Made by a program: the position numbers and the translations under genes. The notes under the pieces were generated by a model. That model did not search any database. It saw only the letters and a list, made by a program, of their open reading frames with translations, and had not been told where the DNA came from. From Vermamoeba vermiformis (taxonomy: Eukaryota): a DNA stretch of 64,000 bases. Of this stretch, positions 34,812 through 49,317 are shown in pieces; the first letter of the stretch is position 1; every line of letters begins with the position of its first letter. The stretch lies in the NCBI GenBank assembly GCA_045837725.1, contig JBEWZL010000089.1, positions 1-64,000 of the forward strand, read 5' to 3'.

Positions 34812-37800
34812 ATGAGCTCCAAAGAGGTAAAATGCTCTTTGTTGCCGATTATTCGCTTTGAATTGCGAAATGAAATTCGCAATTAATTTTTATTTACTTC
34901 AGTTCATACGTTCAAAATCAAGTACACTTCTCTCATGGTTATACTAATAGCATGAGCAAGGACAAAAGACTGCGTGGCGTGTCGTTTAACAGCAACGAGA
35001 GTGGAAACTCTCAGCCGACCGTGCATCGAAAACAGCTCATCATTAACGGTAACTTGCGACCTATTCTCCATGTGCCTGTTTATTAATTTAAATTGCTTTA
35101 TGCGAATATACGATATATGGTATCGCGGTACGATGGTGTATTAATATTATTTATTGGCAGTACTTGAAGCGAAAGGACTTACCACCGGAAATCCAAAAAA
35201 AGGTAATTAATTTCTTAATTGCACTTCATAAGACTCGCGTATTTACATCGTATTATTAGAGAAATTAACGCCTTACTGCTTAATTTCATTCAACAACGTG
35301 CACTTTCGTACCAATGTCTTGAATCCGACTGTTCGACCAGAGTGGAAACAACGATTTACTTAGTAAGCTCAATCAATTCCCCTTTGTCATGTGCAGTTTA
35401 ATTTACTTATTGCTCGTAGTAACGAGAAAGATCTCCAGTCAGATACAGCGGAGCTTCTGATCTCAGTGTGGGATTCGGATAAATACAGCACGGATACCTT
35501 TCTCGGTCAAATATCCATGCCTATACTTAACATTAAAACCAACGAGGTGTGCAAACAGTGGTGCACATTGACTACCAAAGAGGGACAAGAAACGAAAGGC
35601 AAACTGCTGATCGAGTTCAACTGTATTACTAGCGATGGAGTACGTATCATACAAACAATGGCAGCTAATTAAGGAGTTGATTTGTGACGTGAATATTATT
35701 GCAACGGCTATTTCTGTTCGGGAGATACACGCGTGATTGTTTCAAGTGGCTAATTTAAGCTGTAGGTATTGCAGAAGAGATTCAGCAGCAAGACAAAATT
35801 CAATGCAGTCAACGGTGACAAACCCCAAATAGAGATCATTAACATTACACCCGAAATGCAAGCCAAAGAAGCGGAGCTCTCCCCGCGCTCGAGTCGCACT
35901 GACATTGACAAACCTAATTCAGCACTGCGCAGTTCAGTGAATATGCGCGATCTCGATTCATCAGAGAGTCCTCGCGCAGTGACGAGAACGGATTCGAATG
36001 TGAGCGGACCTGGCTCTGGTTCGAAGCGACGCGGCAGCACTACAGGAGCAGACACGAGTCCTGAGCGCAACACCACGAACAAAACGAACAAGACTGAGGA
36101 CTTGAACACGAGTCGCGAGAACAATGGTCCTGAGAGTGGTGATGTTGTGAGCAGCAACAACCACACGAACAAAACTGACAAGTCCGCGAGTGTTGATCAC
36201 TTGCAAGAGAGCTCGTCGCATGAATCGAACAAAAAAGAATTGATCAATTTGCAAGGCGATGCTTACAAGCAGCCTGAGGTCACTGCTGGCCAGACAAGTG
36301 ACAAACCGAGTGACAAACCCAATGAGACACCGACCAAGCGCAAGTCATCGAGCAAGCTTGGCTTCTTGAAGATTTCAATGAAGAAGAAGGCTAGCAGCAC
36401 ACCTTCCACTCCCGAGACCAAGAAAAAGCATTCGGTAATTGATGACTGACTCTTAGTTCATCGTGTGCTGTGAATTAACGCTGTTGCAACAGAGCAAATG
36501 GAGGAAGTTCTCGCTCAAACTTACCCCGTCAAAGAAGGGCAACAAGACGGACGACGAGAGTGATTGGTCCAAGGACTTCTCTGACATTGCTGAGCGGTAT
36601 GTACCAGCACTGTGGCACTTGTGCACAGCTCTCTAATAGAATTGTACAGCACTCCATTCGTGACTAAATATCCTGCCATTGCATCACAATTGCCCAAGGT
36701 AGAGCTCGATCGACAGGAGGCTATTAGTGCTCTATTGTTGTCCGTACAGCGACTGAACCAAGACCTGCAGTGCATCTTGCAAGAGTACTACTCGCCAATG
36801 AAAAAGAGCGGACTCATCACCAAAGAGCTCAAACAGGTGTTCGCTGATGTGGATGACTTGGCTTCAGGTGTCCGTCACATAGCCGATGTGTTGGAGGAGC
36901 GACAATCGAGCTCACCAGTGGTCGAGAAAGCAGCTGACGCATTCAACAAGCGAGATTCGTTGTGGACTAAATACGCGAGCTATTTGACCAACTACGATAG
37001 GATGATGAAGCGCGTTGATAATGCACGTGCAGAGAATGAGAAGACCAATCAGTTCTTGACCGCAAAGGGTCGTGACTTAGCGCCACTCGAAACACTTCTC
37101 GCTCGTCCTGTGCAACATTTGCTTGACTTGGAGTTGTTGCTCGATGAATTAGACAATGCTACTGCGAGCTCGCATCCTGACAGCAAATACGTGGGTGAGA
37201 TGGTCAAAATAGTCCACAACTGTCTTGAAAATATGAACAGCGACCGTTTGCTGCACTTCTCAAAATTGCGCGAACTGCAGCGACAATTGTACTTCACTCA
37301 AAAAGTCAAGGTAAGGCACAGTTTGTTGTTTTATTTTGAATTTTAATTGTTCTTCATGCGCTAACTCGTTGCTAGAAATTCTCATTGTGGGCCAATGCAG
37401 ACAGAACACTGTTGTTTGAAGGCTCGGGCTCTGTGCATCCTCTTCGCAAGCCCGGCACTCGCAACGAGATCTTCCTGTTGGTATTCAGCGACATGTTGTT
37501 GATCACTCGTCCTAAGCGCGTGTCAACAAAGAAATTGACGCTCAACAACAAAGTCAGCCGACACTTGTTGGTCACTCGCCGAATATTCTTGAACGAGATG
37601 TTCTTGCACGATCCCAGCCTAGATATCCGCGAACAGATTCCTGATGTCATCGAGATTGTGTCTACTAATGTTGGTGTGTGGCGTTTGGGCATGGGATCAG
37701 AAACAGAACGGGTCACCAAGATTATTGAAAGTCAACTCGCGCGTGTGGGCCCAACAGTGTCTGACTCTGACAAGTCCACGGAGTACAACAGACTGGTTGA

Positions 37801-39293
37801 ACTCGCCAAGAGCCGTCAACCTACGCGAAGTAAGAGCAGAGCATCAGCTTCGCAGCTCTCTCCTCGTCGTTCCCCTCGTTCTCCACGCAAGGCTCTCTTG
37901 CTCGACCTAGAACGTGCCACCAATAACAACAATAATGCCAGTGAGCAGTTGATGAGTGAATTGGATAAGGCTCGCGATGCTGTGCGAGAGCTTGCAATGA
38001 AGGCATCAATTGCCGAACAAGAGCGTGATGAATATCGTCGCAGAATGGAAGAGGAAATGCGTGAGCGAATCAAATTGGAGCGTGTGATTAGCACACAACA
38101 AGAACAGATCACACAATTGAAGTTGACACAAAACTCGAAGCCTGCCAAAGAGACAATCGAGGTGCAAACTCTTCTCGACATGCTCAAGCACGAAACTGAA
38201 GCTCGCCGTGAAGTTGAAGAGCACAACAGAGATCTGCGCAATAATTACTTGAAGTTGACAGCTCTTGTCACGGAGAAGCAGCTGCAAGAAAGTCAATTGA
38301 TGGGTCGTGTCTTGAGTCTCGAACACGAATTGGCCCGCAAAGGTAATAGTAAATAATCGATCACACCAAGTTCTAACACCTCGCAGATGAGTCCTCGCAT
38401 GTTCACCGTGACATTATTCGTGAACGTCAAAACATTGAAGACTTGCTTGAGCGCGGCAAGAAAGATTTGATGAAACGACTTGCTGAGAGCAAACAAGCCA
38501 TTCAGCGCGAGTTCAATCAGCTGATTGAGGTCGCTACGGGCTATGCCAACACTCGCGGCAATCTGAGTGATGATGACATGGAAGTCTCACCACGTGCCAT
38601 GTCCTTCACGGTGCCCCAGAATGGTTATAGCAGCAACAAATCTCCTGGTGTATCTCCACGCCAAATTGAAACCAAGACGAATGGCATGGTTCCCAGCGGC
38701 AGCAATGTGAGCATGGGCTACACGAGCAGCGACACTGGCGAACCCAGCAACAAGCCTCGCGAGGTTGGCAGACTCAATCTGAATAACTCGTAAGTCTCGA
38801 ATAGTTGCAATGAGTATGGCACTAACTATTTACAGCACTCGCACCCTCAACCCCTCTGGAGCCAAGTCACCAGTGGCCACCCCGACTGGCGCTAAAAGTC
38901 CCAAGTCAAAGAAAGTCAAAACGTACAATTACAGCAGCGACAATGCTGAGGAGAACAAGGATTGGAAGGCCAAGCTTCGACTCAGCACGAAGAAAAAGAA
39001 GGAGGTGCAAGCAACACCGTGGCGCACACCACCCCCAACAGCGCAGAACCAGCCATTTGTACTGCAGTTCAAGTCGAACAAAGTGGACTGGAACACCGTC
39101 AAGAACGAGCAATCGTATTGGTCTGATGACTTCAACGAGAGCGACTACAGCAGCGGTGTGATCACGGTGAGTATTGTCTTCTATTGTAAGGGATAACAGT
39201 GCTGACTTTAGTAATTAGGGAGCACGTGCTGCGCCTAACGGTGAGAACTACGATGACTTGGACAATTCAGTCTCGGTAGACGACCAGCAGTAA
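34812..39293 (+). CDS. C2 domain + RhoGEF (DH-PH) + coiled-coil protein, multi-exon
   Basis: C2 ISVWDSDKYSTDTFLGQI; DH LETLLARPVQHLLDLELLLDEL; PH IFLLVFSDMLLIT; long coiled coil. Confidence 0.85.
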
Positions 39294-39627
39294 CTTGTAT
39301 TGTATTTATTTGTACTTTAAACAGCGTATTTAATAATAAATGTACATATCGGAATGTAGTCAGTTTGTGCACGACGATGTTGCCGGTCAAACACGGTCAA
39401 CGTCGTTCTGAAGTCGACTGTCGGCCAATAAATTTTGAAGACTGATGACATCAATTTTTCAACCACGAACAGCTTGATTGCAACATAGCGCAAGTGCTGA
39501 TGCTCGTTGTTATCAACTGATTATTTGTAATTATTGTAAGTCGGAAAACAGATGCGCTTGTAACGAGAACAACAATTAATTGCAATTTATAGGTACAATA
39601 ACACCCAAAAAATATATAATTATAGAA

Positions 39628-40994
39628 ATGGTCGATATTACAGTGCGAGACCTTTTATTCTACCTCTTCAGCTCAGCTCTGGTTACCACAAATAAGAGAA
39701 TAATAAATAAACCCGAATCTCAGCCACTACCAGTGCAAAATGGCCCAGAGTCACCGTTCTATACACTATTAAAAGACCCAAAAAATAGAAGAGACGCAAA
39801 AAAATTGGAAGATAAAATTTCTACAATCAATTTCAAAGATCGTTGGACTTTTTGGACTGATAGCGTCAAAGCACATGCAATGAGCAAAGAAGACTTTACT
39901 AAGAATATTCACAAATCAGGACAGTGTTCGAATCTAAAAGTAAGACCACATATCTTAGAGATTTTCCGGCTTCTTAAAGCTGACTGTTTAAATTAGGAAT
40001 TCTGTGATATATGGAACAGCGTTACAAACAAGCTACACTTTGGCATGTACTCCAACCTGCGTCTATTCAAGAATGATATTCCACCTTTGTGGGAGGTAAG
40101 CACGAGCAGTTGATTAAAGGCAATTGCTGACGAACTGAAACAGGATGCGAGTAATCGTAACGGTGGCAAGTGGATATTAATAGCGCCATTCACGAGTGAT
40201 CCGCAAGGAGATCAAGTCGGCAATGAGGCACTGCAAGTATTTCTTCAAATCAGCTTGCACATGATCACGGGACTGTTCGACTACCTCGATAACTTGGTAT
40301 GATGCGCTGTGCACTATCACACCTAGCTTCGTACTGACTTTACACACCCACCAGTGCGGCATTACATTGGCCATTAGACCATACGGCATTATGATTTCAA
40401 TCTGGAATAATGACGCTAGCGACAAGGTGCAAATTATTTCGATGAAGAAAAAGTTGACCAAGCTCGAGTTCCACAACATTAAATATCAGAGCCATCAGAT
40501 CTCCATTAAGAACAATCTTAAGGTACGTTTGTTCGTGCGTGACAAACACAGGTGTTAATTGTCTCGATGCACAGAAATTGTCCGACAGTGAGCGCACGGC
40601 CTCAGATGTAGAGCGCTTTGGCTTCACATCCGAGTCAGACAATGAGCGGCTGATGAGCAGCGACAACGAGCGCGGACTGTCTGAGAGCGAGGACGAGTCT
40701 GACTTGGACGACAGAATGCGTGCCAAACGAATTCCCGTCACTCTGACACGTGCTACGCGCAAGAACTCGACGGACACTGCACGACACAGACCTCGCACGC
40801 AGAGTCAAGAGCAGGGCACTGCGGCTGAGACTCAGGCACGTGACAACAACTCGAGCACGGCCGATGACAACACCGCACCACAGCTGCACTTGATGACACG
40901 CGGGGGCCTGGCACTGGTCGTCATTGCAAGTGCAGCCCTGGCAGCTGTGTGGGCCATGTACTCGACTGTCTCGCAGCTCAACTGGTCACAGTAG
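39628..40994 (+). CDS. Atypical eIF4E-family protein with a C-terminal hydrophobic segment, 5 exons
   Basis: DRWTFW, LRLFKNDIPPLWEDASNRNGGKW, CGITLAIRP..ISIWN, IKYQSH; last exon ends GGLALVVIASAALAAVWAMYSTVSQLNWSQ*. Confidence 0.85.
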
Positions 40995-41222
40995 GGCAGC
41001 GTCGATCTCGATCTGCACCTCACGTCATCGATCGTTGTACCTACATGTCCTATTTAAGTAATAATAAACCACCGATTGTAAGTAGATCTTTTGTCATGTG
41101 CGAGTATTTCCACCCGCGCAATTGAAGTGTGTTGTCAAAGAATTTACGCAGCAAATTATTTCTATTTTTATTTATCATCTAGATTACACAAAACCAACAT
41201 GCAGGAGTAGAGGAGGTATTTA

Positions 41223-44200
41223 ATGACAGACAAAAAGAAAGAAGTGCCCATCTTGAGCATCCACAAAGCGTGTCAAAAGGGCAACTATGATGCAGTGGTT
41301 GCTCAATTAAAAAAGAAGAAGAATAATGTAAATTTAGAAGATGAAACAGGCCACACACCGATTCAATTGGCAGCTTTGCACGGCAGCTTTGAAGTTGTTC
41401 AATTGCTGGTTGAAAACGGTGCAGATTTAAACCAGCAAGACCCTAGCGGCTGGTGTGCATTGCATTTTGCTGCATCAGGAAGAAATGAAAAATTATTTGC
41501 TTATTTATTGAGTCAAGAAAGCATCAACGGTAAGCGTGAATCTACCGCGATCAAAATAATTCAATTTTTACGAGCTCTGTTTGGATTACGTTATCCACGT
41601 TCCATGATATTTACGATCCTCTTTTCTTATATCACCTACAAATTTCATAGGTATCAACTCGTTTTTATATCATCTGGTACTTTTTAATTTTTAAATGGAA
41701 TATTATGACCCCAATCTTGCTAATCATATAATGCTAACCATTAAATCATAGTGAATCTTAGAAATGAGGGCCTCAATACCCCACTGCACTATCTTGCAAA
41801 GAACTTCGCTAATCTGTCGGAGCAAATACTGCACGATTTAATTCAAGTAAGCGCAATAATATAATTATTTTATTTACAATGCTCGTTCACGATTTTAATG
41901 GCGTGCTCGTTGATCTCTCTACGAAATTTCATGCTGAGCGGTTACATTGATTCTCTCACATAAATGGGGTTACAACGATATCGATAGATTACTGTAACAT
42001 CATATTAATTATTTTATACGCGCAGAAAGGAGCAGACATCAATGCTCAAAATGCACAGGGGGAGACACCTCTGCATGGTGCGGCGTTGAAGGGCTACGAA
42101 CAAGTGACGACCAGTTTGATCGAACTTGGCGCTGATGTACGTGATTAGCGTTGTATATATGCACAATAGCGAGTACTCATATATATATGCACGTGCAGGT
42201 TGATATTTGTAACAACGAAGGCGAGACACCCCTCAACTGGGCCACGCGCAATGGTCACGTCAAAGTGATCAGTGTGCTGCTCAAGGCCTACAGCAACAAG
42301 AACAAGTCGCGCAGCGCGTCACTCAAGCCGAGCATTGATCAAGCTGTGCGCGAGGGCAACAACAATTTGCTGCGCGAACAGAAGAAACAACAGCGCCACA
42401 CGCTCAATGTCACAGGTGATTTTGATCAGCCTCTGCAAGAACGGGTCAGTACTGGAACATTCATTGGCTAATCTGAGCGTCATATTAACATTGCAATAGT
42501 ACGAGTTGACGTTCTTCGGCGAGAACTTTCATTTGTCATTGCACGACGACAACTGGGACAAATGCCTGTACGAGGGTGGTTTGAAACTCGAACACGCCTC
42601 AACAGAGAAGGCGAGCAATAACAACGCCAAAGCAAATATTGAAACACCGTTGAGGAAAGAAGAGGCAAGTATTGCACACAACAGTTATATTCAATCGTGA
42701 TGACTGACCCATGTCACAGCTGCCCCTGTCCAAATTGTTTCACATGTACCTCACGATTTCGGGCAAGAACAAAACTGACCCCGAAATCTTGCATTGGATT
42801 GCAAAGTTTTTAACAGGTCCCAAGAAGACCTATTTGGTGTATTTAATGAACAACTACGGCTACAGAATTCGACTGCGCAATCCTCAGAACAAAGACAGTG
42901 GCTCGTCCACACCGCAGCCTGGCTCACAGCCCAAAGCGATTGGTCGCTCGGTCTCATTGCAGAATCTCAAGTCACCGAATGACGGCGTCAATCCCATTGA
43001 CTCGTCGAGCAATTCACTGAGCACTGAGAGCGCGACAGGACCAGTAGACACACAGCCCAATGACACCAACAGCGAGGCAAACAATTCGGGCAATTCAATC
43101 GAGGACAGCAAGTCAAACAGCTCGAGCAATCGCAACAGTTATGACCTGGGACACACCGTGCCACCGCTGGACTGGGACGAGGAAGTTGCGCCGCACCGCC
43201 CCTCCCCTGTCGTCAGTCCCTTTGAGAGTCCTGCCTACATGAACAAATTGAAAGCATTTAACGCGAAGAAGGCTAAATATGATATCTGGAATGAGCCTAG
43301 TCCTCGCGATCGAGAGGTACGTCCGATACATTGCTTCCAATCATGTGCATTGGCTAACAGTTGTGCAGCTTTATCAACTTTATTTTGATATAAATGAAAA
43401 GAATAAGACATCAGAGGTGAAGGTAAGTTAGAATAATAGCGTTTTGTTTTAAGTATACTTTCCGTTTCCGTTTATTTATGTATCCCCATATGTGTATGTA
43501 TTAATATGGTCCTTTTTTGTTTCAATTACAATAGCCGATTCAATTCCAGACAACTGAACCTGGTGGCCGAGATCGATCGTACAGTTTGTTAGAGCATCGT
43601 AAATTAAGCAAATTCCATTGGGAAATCGATCCACACGATCTGCAGATTATTGATAAAGTTGGACGCGGCAGTTTTGGCGTTGTTTATAAGGTAAAGAATT
43701 CAATTCATTTAGATTGCAGGCTCTAACTGAGACTTAGGCTATTTGGATGGGCGTTGAAGTCGCCGTGAAAAAAGTCGAATGCGATGACATGTCAGCAGAG
43801 GACTATCAAAACTTTTTATATGAAATCTCAATGATGAGCAATCTACGACATCCAAATATTTTGACATTCTTGGGCGGCAGTCTCGAGCCTCCTAATTTGT
43901 GTTTTGTGACTGAATACGCACAACGCGGCAGTCTGCATCAAGTGCTCAAAACAACACAACTGACTTGGATGCAACGACTAAATATGGCACTGGACGCAGC
44001 TAAGGGACTGGTAAGATATACCACTCTTGTACACCGATATACCTGACACGTGTCACAGATGTATTTGCATCACCAAGTACCGCCCATTGTGCACCGAGAC
44101 CTCAAGTCACTCAACTTGCTGGTCGATGAAACTTTCAAAATCAAAGTGGCTGACTTCGGTCTGAGCAAAGACAAGAACAACGACATCAACACGAAGATGG

Positions 44201-44638
44201 GCACACTGAACTGGGTGGCACCAGAGATCTTAAACGACAACAGCCAGCCCTACACCGAGAAAGCAGACATGTACTCATTCGGTCTCGTGCTGTGGGAGAT
44301 TTTAACCAACAAAACACCCTATGAGGTAAGTATTTAACGAGACCAATCTTGCCGCAAAAGCTCATGCATTCGACAGGGTAAAACAACACTGCAAATTGTG
44401 CGCTTAATTGATATGGGTGAACGACCGAAAGTACCGAGCGATGCAGATCCAGAATTCGCCAAGCTAATTGTCGATTGTTGGCACTCTGGTGAGTTACTAC
44501 TAACGAGTAAATAGCGGCGTTATTAACCCAAGTTCAGACCCTGCCAAACGACCGCCCATTGAAGCTGTGTTCAAGCGACTACAGGCCATCAAAGCACGCT
44601 ACGACAAAGCAGCGCAACCCGCGAATACAAAACAATAG
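41223..44638 (+). CDS. Ankyrin-repeat tyrosine-kinase-like (TKL) protein kinase, multi-exon
   Basis: Ankyrin repeats (GHTPIQLAA, GETPLH, GETPLNWA); kinase GRGSFGVV, VAVKK, HRDLKSLN, DFG, GTLNWVAPE. Confidence 0.95.
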
Positions 44639-44877
44639 GAGTTGGTTAAATTAGCATCTGCCCTTTAATTTATTTGTTTTTTTAAAAACGATTGTACATA
44701 ATATTACGACTAGGAGGCTAAGAAAGCGGCAGTCCTAGTCTCGGTTCAGCTGAACAAAGCCACTATTAATGTATTTAATTGCTTGTACTTTATTCTCACG
44801 AATAAAATCGCAAAAACAAAAGCTCGTGTCAGTAGTGTTAGTTGACAAGTACAGTACCACAAGTTCATGGCAACACT

Positions 44878-47133
44878 ATGTTAGACAGCTTACTTCGACT
44901 TGTATTGTGGAGTATATTGGCCTCTATTATTGCTCTGGTGCTGTGGTGGTTATCGCGCAGATCTGATCGGGTGGTCCTCGTCCATCAAGAGACAGAATTG
45001 ACCAAAAAAATATTAGAAGGATGCCCGAGTATTCATGTGTACAAAAATATGCCAATTTGGGGCTGTAAGAAGCTGTGTTAAATATTAATTGATTTTTTTA
45101 ATTAATTTTTCTAAATTTCTTGGCCAGTGAGTGGCAATATTCAGTCAATATATGCAAGTCAAATTCGCAAAGGCCCAACACCAAGAATGGAAAGGTAAGT
45201 AATTAGTATAAGTCGTTTATAGATCCACGCTGAAGTTTGCGTTAGACAATTCGTGTTGAACAGTCAAGGCGTTGAAATAGCAGTAGACTGGATTGACGGG
45301 CCTCCCAGTAAAGATAATACCACACCCATAGTTTTGTAAGTCGAAATATGAATGAAATTGCGTCGGACTGATTGGATCCGTCAGAATTGTGCCAGGTATC
45401 GCGGGCCACTCGAGCAACGATTACATTAAGAATTTTGTACACTTCTGCAAACAATCTGGATTCAGAACGGTCGTGTTCAACTGGCCTGGTTGCGACAACA
45501 AACTTACGGTACGAATAACTTGACATTATGACACGTCAGTCTGACACTTGCTGTCGCTATTAGAAACCTCATTTGTGGACAGTGGGTGACTCGAAGGACT
45601 TGAAGCTCGCTGTTGATCACATTCACGCGCAGTGTCCCCGTGCACTGATGAGTAGGACTATCGAGTGCAGCCCTTCATTCAAAGCACTAATCATTTCGTC
45701 TTGTTAGTGTGCGTTGGTTACTCGTTGGGTGGCAATCTGTTGCTCAGATATTTGGGCGAGGACGGACACAACACGCCATTCAAATCGGCCATTGTGCTCA
45801 GCACTGGCTACGACGTGTTTGAAGGTAGTTCTTTGTTGGAGTCACTTCAAATAAGTCTGACACGTGATAGGGGCCAAGAAGCTCACGAGCAACTTCTATC
45901 GCAAAGCACTGGTCAACAAGTGGCGCGGAGTGTTGCTCAAGTATGATATTATACCATTGCAATTCTCATGTTTTGCTCGTGTTTAACGGTGTGCACAGGA
46001 ACAAAGAGGTGTTTGAAGGGTCAGCAGACATTGACATCGATCGTGTCTTGAAGGTAAGCCGGTAACTTCCATGCCAGGACTGACCTTTTGGGACCCTCAA
46101 CAGGCCTCATCGCCTGCTGAACTGGACACAACTTTCTCGCTGCCGCTGCTGAAGATGGAAAGCTTAGGTAAGTCAAACAATCTCTTTTTTGAAGACCTCA
46201 TGCCGGAGGCCAGGCCTCGCTCAACAATCGCATCGGTGCCCGAGTTGGTCTAAGGGGTTGGATTAAGGCTCCAATATCTTCGGATGCAAGGGTTCGAATC
46301 CCTTCCGATGCAATACCTTTTTTTTGTCTTATCTGTTTTTACATGAGAGAAGCGTTTATTCTGGTTGCCATTTTTTTGCCCTATTGTTGGGAATTAGCAA
46401 TGGAAATCGCTCACAAAATCAGTTAATTAATCAGAGGGGAAAAACGACGCTTTGTTTTTACCCTGCTCGTAACAAACCCGTAAAGAAACACAAGTCCCAC
46501 CCTGGGATCTGCACCAGATCGGTGGTGCATCGCCCGTTTGAACGCCTTGGACTCAAAAAAAATTGAGGGCAAAATCAACGTAGCCGCGATAGCTCAGTTG
46601 GGAGAGCGTTAGACTGAAGATCTAGAGGCCCCCGGTTCAATCCCGGGTCGCGGCATTTCTTTTTTTGCTTTTTTGTTCGTTCCTTACGCTGACTTTGCAT
46701 TGCAGAGCACTATTATCGTTCGTCGAGCGCCGTTCATCTAATGGAACACATTGCAATTCCTACATTGTTGTTAAATGCTCGTGATGATCCAATCAGTAAG
46801 ACACCCTTATCTTTGATTCGTAGAGCTAACTGTTGCACAGTCCATCACTCGCTTATCGACATCGCGGTTAAGAGTATGCAATCCAATCAAAATCTGATTG
46901 TTGGCTTTACCAAATATGGTGGCCATCAAGGCTGGATACAGGGTGGGTTCTGGTTCCCAGACAAGATAACTTGGATGGACTCTATTTGCCTGGAGTTTAT
47001 GCAATCGACAGTAAACTTAACCAAGTGAGCATACTTTAATCTCATTCATATTTGGCTAATACTAACTCTGTGCAGTACACAACCTGAATTGTTCACAAGA
47101 GAAGAACACAAACGAATAATTATCGAAAAATAA
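44878..47133 (+). CDS. ABHD1/2/3 (YheT/Eeb1-like) alpha/beta hydrolase, multi-exon
   Basis: N-terminal transmembrane segment; GYSLGG nucleophile, NARDDP Asp, GGHQGW His. Confidence 0.9.
46230..46312 (+). tRNA. tRNA-Leu(AAG), intronic
   Basis: Acceptor stem GCATCGG/CCGATGC, anticodon arm TTGGA-TTAAGGC-TCCAA, long variable arm, GTTCGAATC, downstream T-run. Confidence 0.95.
46583..46655 (+). tRNA. tRNA-Phe(GAA), intronic
   Basis: GCCGCGA/TCGCGGC acceptor stem, TAGA-CTGAAGA-TCTA anticodon arm, GGTTCAATCC, downstream T-run. Confidence 0.97.
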
Positions 47134-47177
47134 ACGAATACTCACCCTCGATTCTGTGTTCCAACTTGCCAGCAACT

Positions 47178-49046
47178 TTATTCGAATTTCTCGAGTTCCA
47201 AATCGATGAATGCAAAGTACATCTCGTTGTATCTGTTCCACTCGTCTTCTACGAAAGTGTTCGGATCTGGCACTACTGGTGGTCCTCCTTGACCGAATCT
47301 AATACAAATAAGCAATCACACTATACACCATACTTAACGCATTTAGATTACCTGAACCGCATCTCTTCATCGCGCCTCTCTTGCTCTAACTTCTGATAAA
47401 AGAATCTCTCTGCGTCAGCGCCAAAGTACTTGGGTCCGTAGCCACCAAACAACAAAAACACGCGCTTGTTCAACTCAACTTCAGCATCAGCACCCTTCTG
47501 CTCGAGATAATATTTGCACGGATTGTATTCTAACAACTCTGCTGAGCAACATGCGCGAGGATTAGGCACTTTCTTGCCTGCGTGTTGTGTTAGGACTGCT
47601 CTGTCAATGCAAGCAGCACGTACCCACTGACTTGCATTTGAACCACGTCCACGTCTTCAAATCGAGTTTGTACATGTGTTCGAGGAATGTCTCGCCGTCG
47701 TGACCGCCGAAGCACCACAGCGCTAATGAAGGACACGTTAGTTGTCTCAGCACCGCGACAGAAAGTGACAGTTCAACACTACCTTCAGGCGTGTAACAGA
47801 CTGCTTGACCTTGTGCTGGCAATGGTCGTTCACCTGTTGTTACAGTACGGCTCCAAGTGTGCGTCTTGAAGTTGAACTTGTCAATCTGTCATACAATTTG
47901 ACACGTGTCAGTCACCGTTCTGCACCACTCACTACACGTGTAACGTACCTCGTTAAAGTGCAAAAATCCAAGCTGCAAATCATATCCACCCGCACCACCG
48001 AACAACAACAGTTCATCGCCGTGAATGACAGTCGAGTGCGTGTGTCTCTTGCGCGGCACTTCACCGCGCTGATCGACAATCTCCCACAACAGTCGCGGCT
48101 CAGCTTCGAACAAGGAATGCAGCGGCAGTCGCCACATGTCGTTGAAGTGTTGTTTGTGGTCCCAGCCTCCGAACACGTACATCACTGGCAGAACAGTGAG
48201 TGCATTATTATTAATATATGAACTCGCTTATATATTACTATTGGTTGCTATACTGCTACGTACCGTCCTCATAAATCACGCAGCTGTGAGATTTGCGCCC
48301 GATCACATCACCTTCAGTCGGTACACGGCGCCATTCATTGGTCTCGAAGTTATATAAATACAATTGCTTATACACTACTTGGGGTATTCCTGTGCGCACT
48401 CCTCCGCGCCGATCTGCGTGACTTCTGCCGCCTAAAAAATCAGATCTGAGCATTTACTTTGGTTGTTGAGCGTTACGTACCGAACACAAGCATGTGATCT
48501 TTATATACTACACCTGTGTGATCACCTGACACGTGCAAGGCCTCGCCTACGGGGGTAATACGCTCCCACAGACGTAATTTTATGTCGTAGCGGTACATGC
48601 GATCGGAAGACCAGCCTGGCGTCAGATGAGCGACGAGCAGAGGATAAATCTCGATTCTGGTACGTACCTCGCGATGAACCACCATATATATACAAATAAT
48701 CCTTGTCGCCTTTAGTCCAACGGACCATGCTGTGACCGTGAAGACCTGCAGCACGTTGATTAAAAATTTGGTAATTCCAGTTATTATGATAATTTATGGC
48801 ATATTAATATATCACTATAAACAGCATTGCGGGCCTATTGGAATTGTTTGAATATTTTTTTTGAATTAAAGTCATAATTCACAAACCTTCAGGCTGAAAT
48901 TCACTTTTATATTTGATCTTCTTCCATAACAGAGGTGGGTTATAATACTTTGGTTTCTCAGGTTCAGGTTTGAGCCTAATGGTATACTCAACGACTTCTT
49001 CCGAGTCACTTTCGTTCGGACTTGAATCCTGCGGATTTCTCTCCAT
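47178..49046 (-). CDS. Kelch-repeat protein, multi-exon
   Basis: Repeated YIYGG/VFGG/LFGG blades with R..HS motifs and terminal Trp. Confidence 0.9.
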
Positions 49047-49317
49047 TCCAGCGACGGGGTCTAAAACCAACGAGTTATGGCCACCACTTGCGACAATTAA
49101 TGTTATGTTTAGCGAGGAATAGTCCTGGGATCTAGCAATCATTCCCGCACCTCCACGTGACTTTACTTATTTAGAAAATGTCAAAACAAACGTCATTTTT
49201 TTCTTTCTTTTGTTTGTGGTTGGAAGCTCACAAGTTATTTCCTTCGAACATTTATTGCATTCACAACGACTCGCCACTTCGAAGAGACAGCTTGAGAGCC
49301 ACATCCAGCCCCCAATC

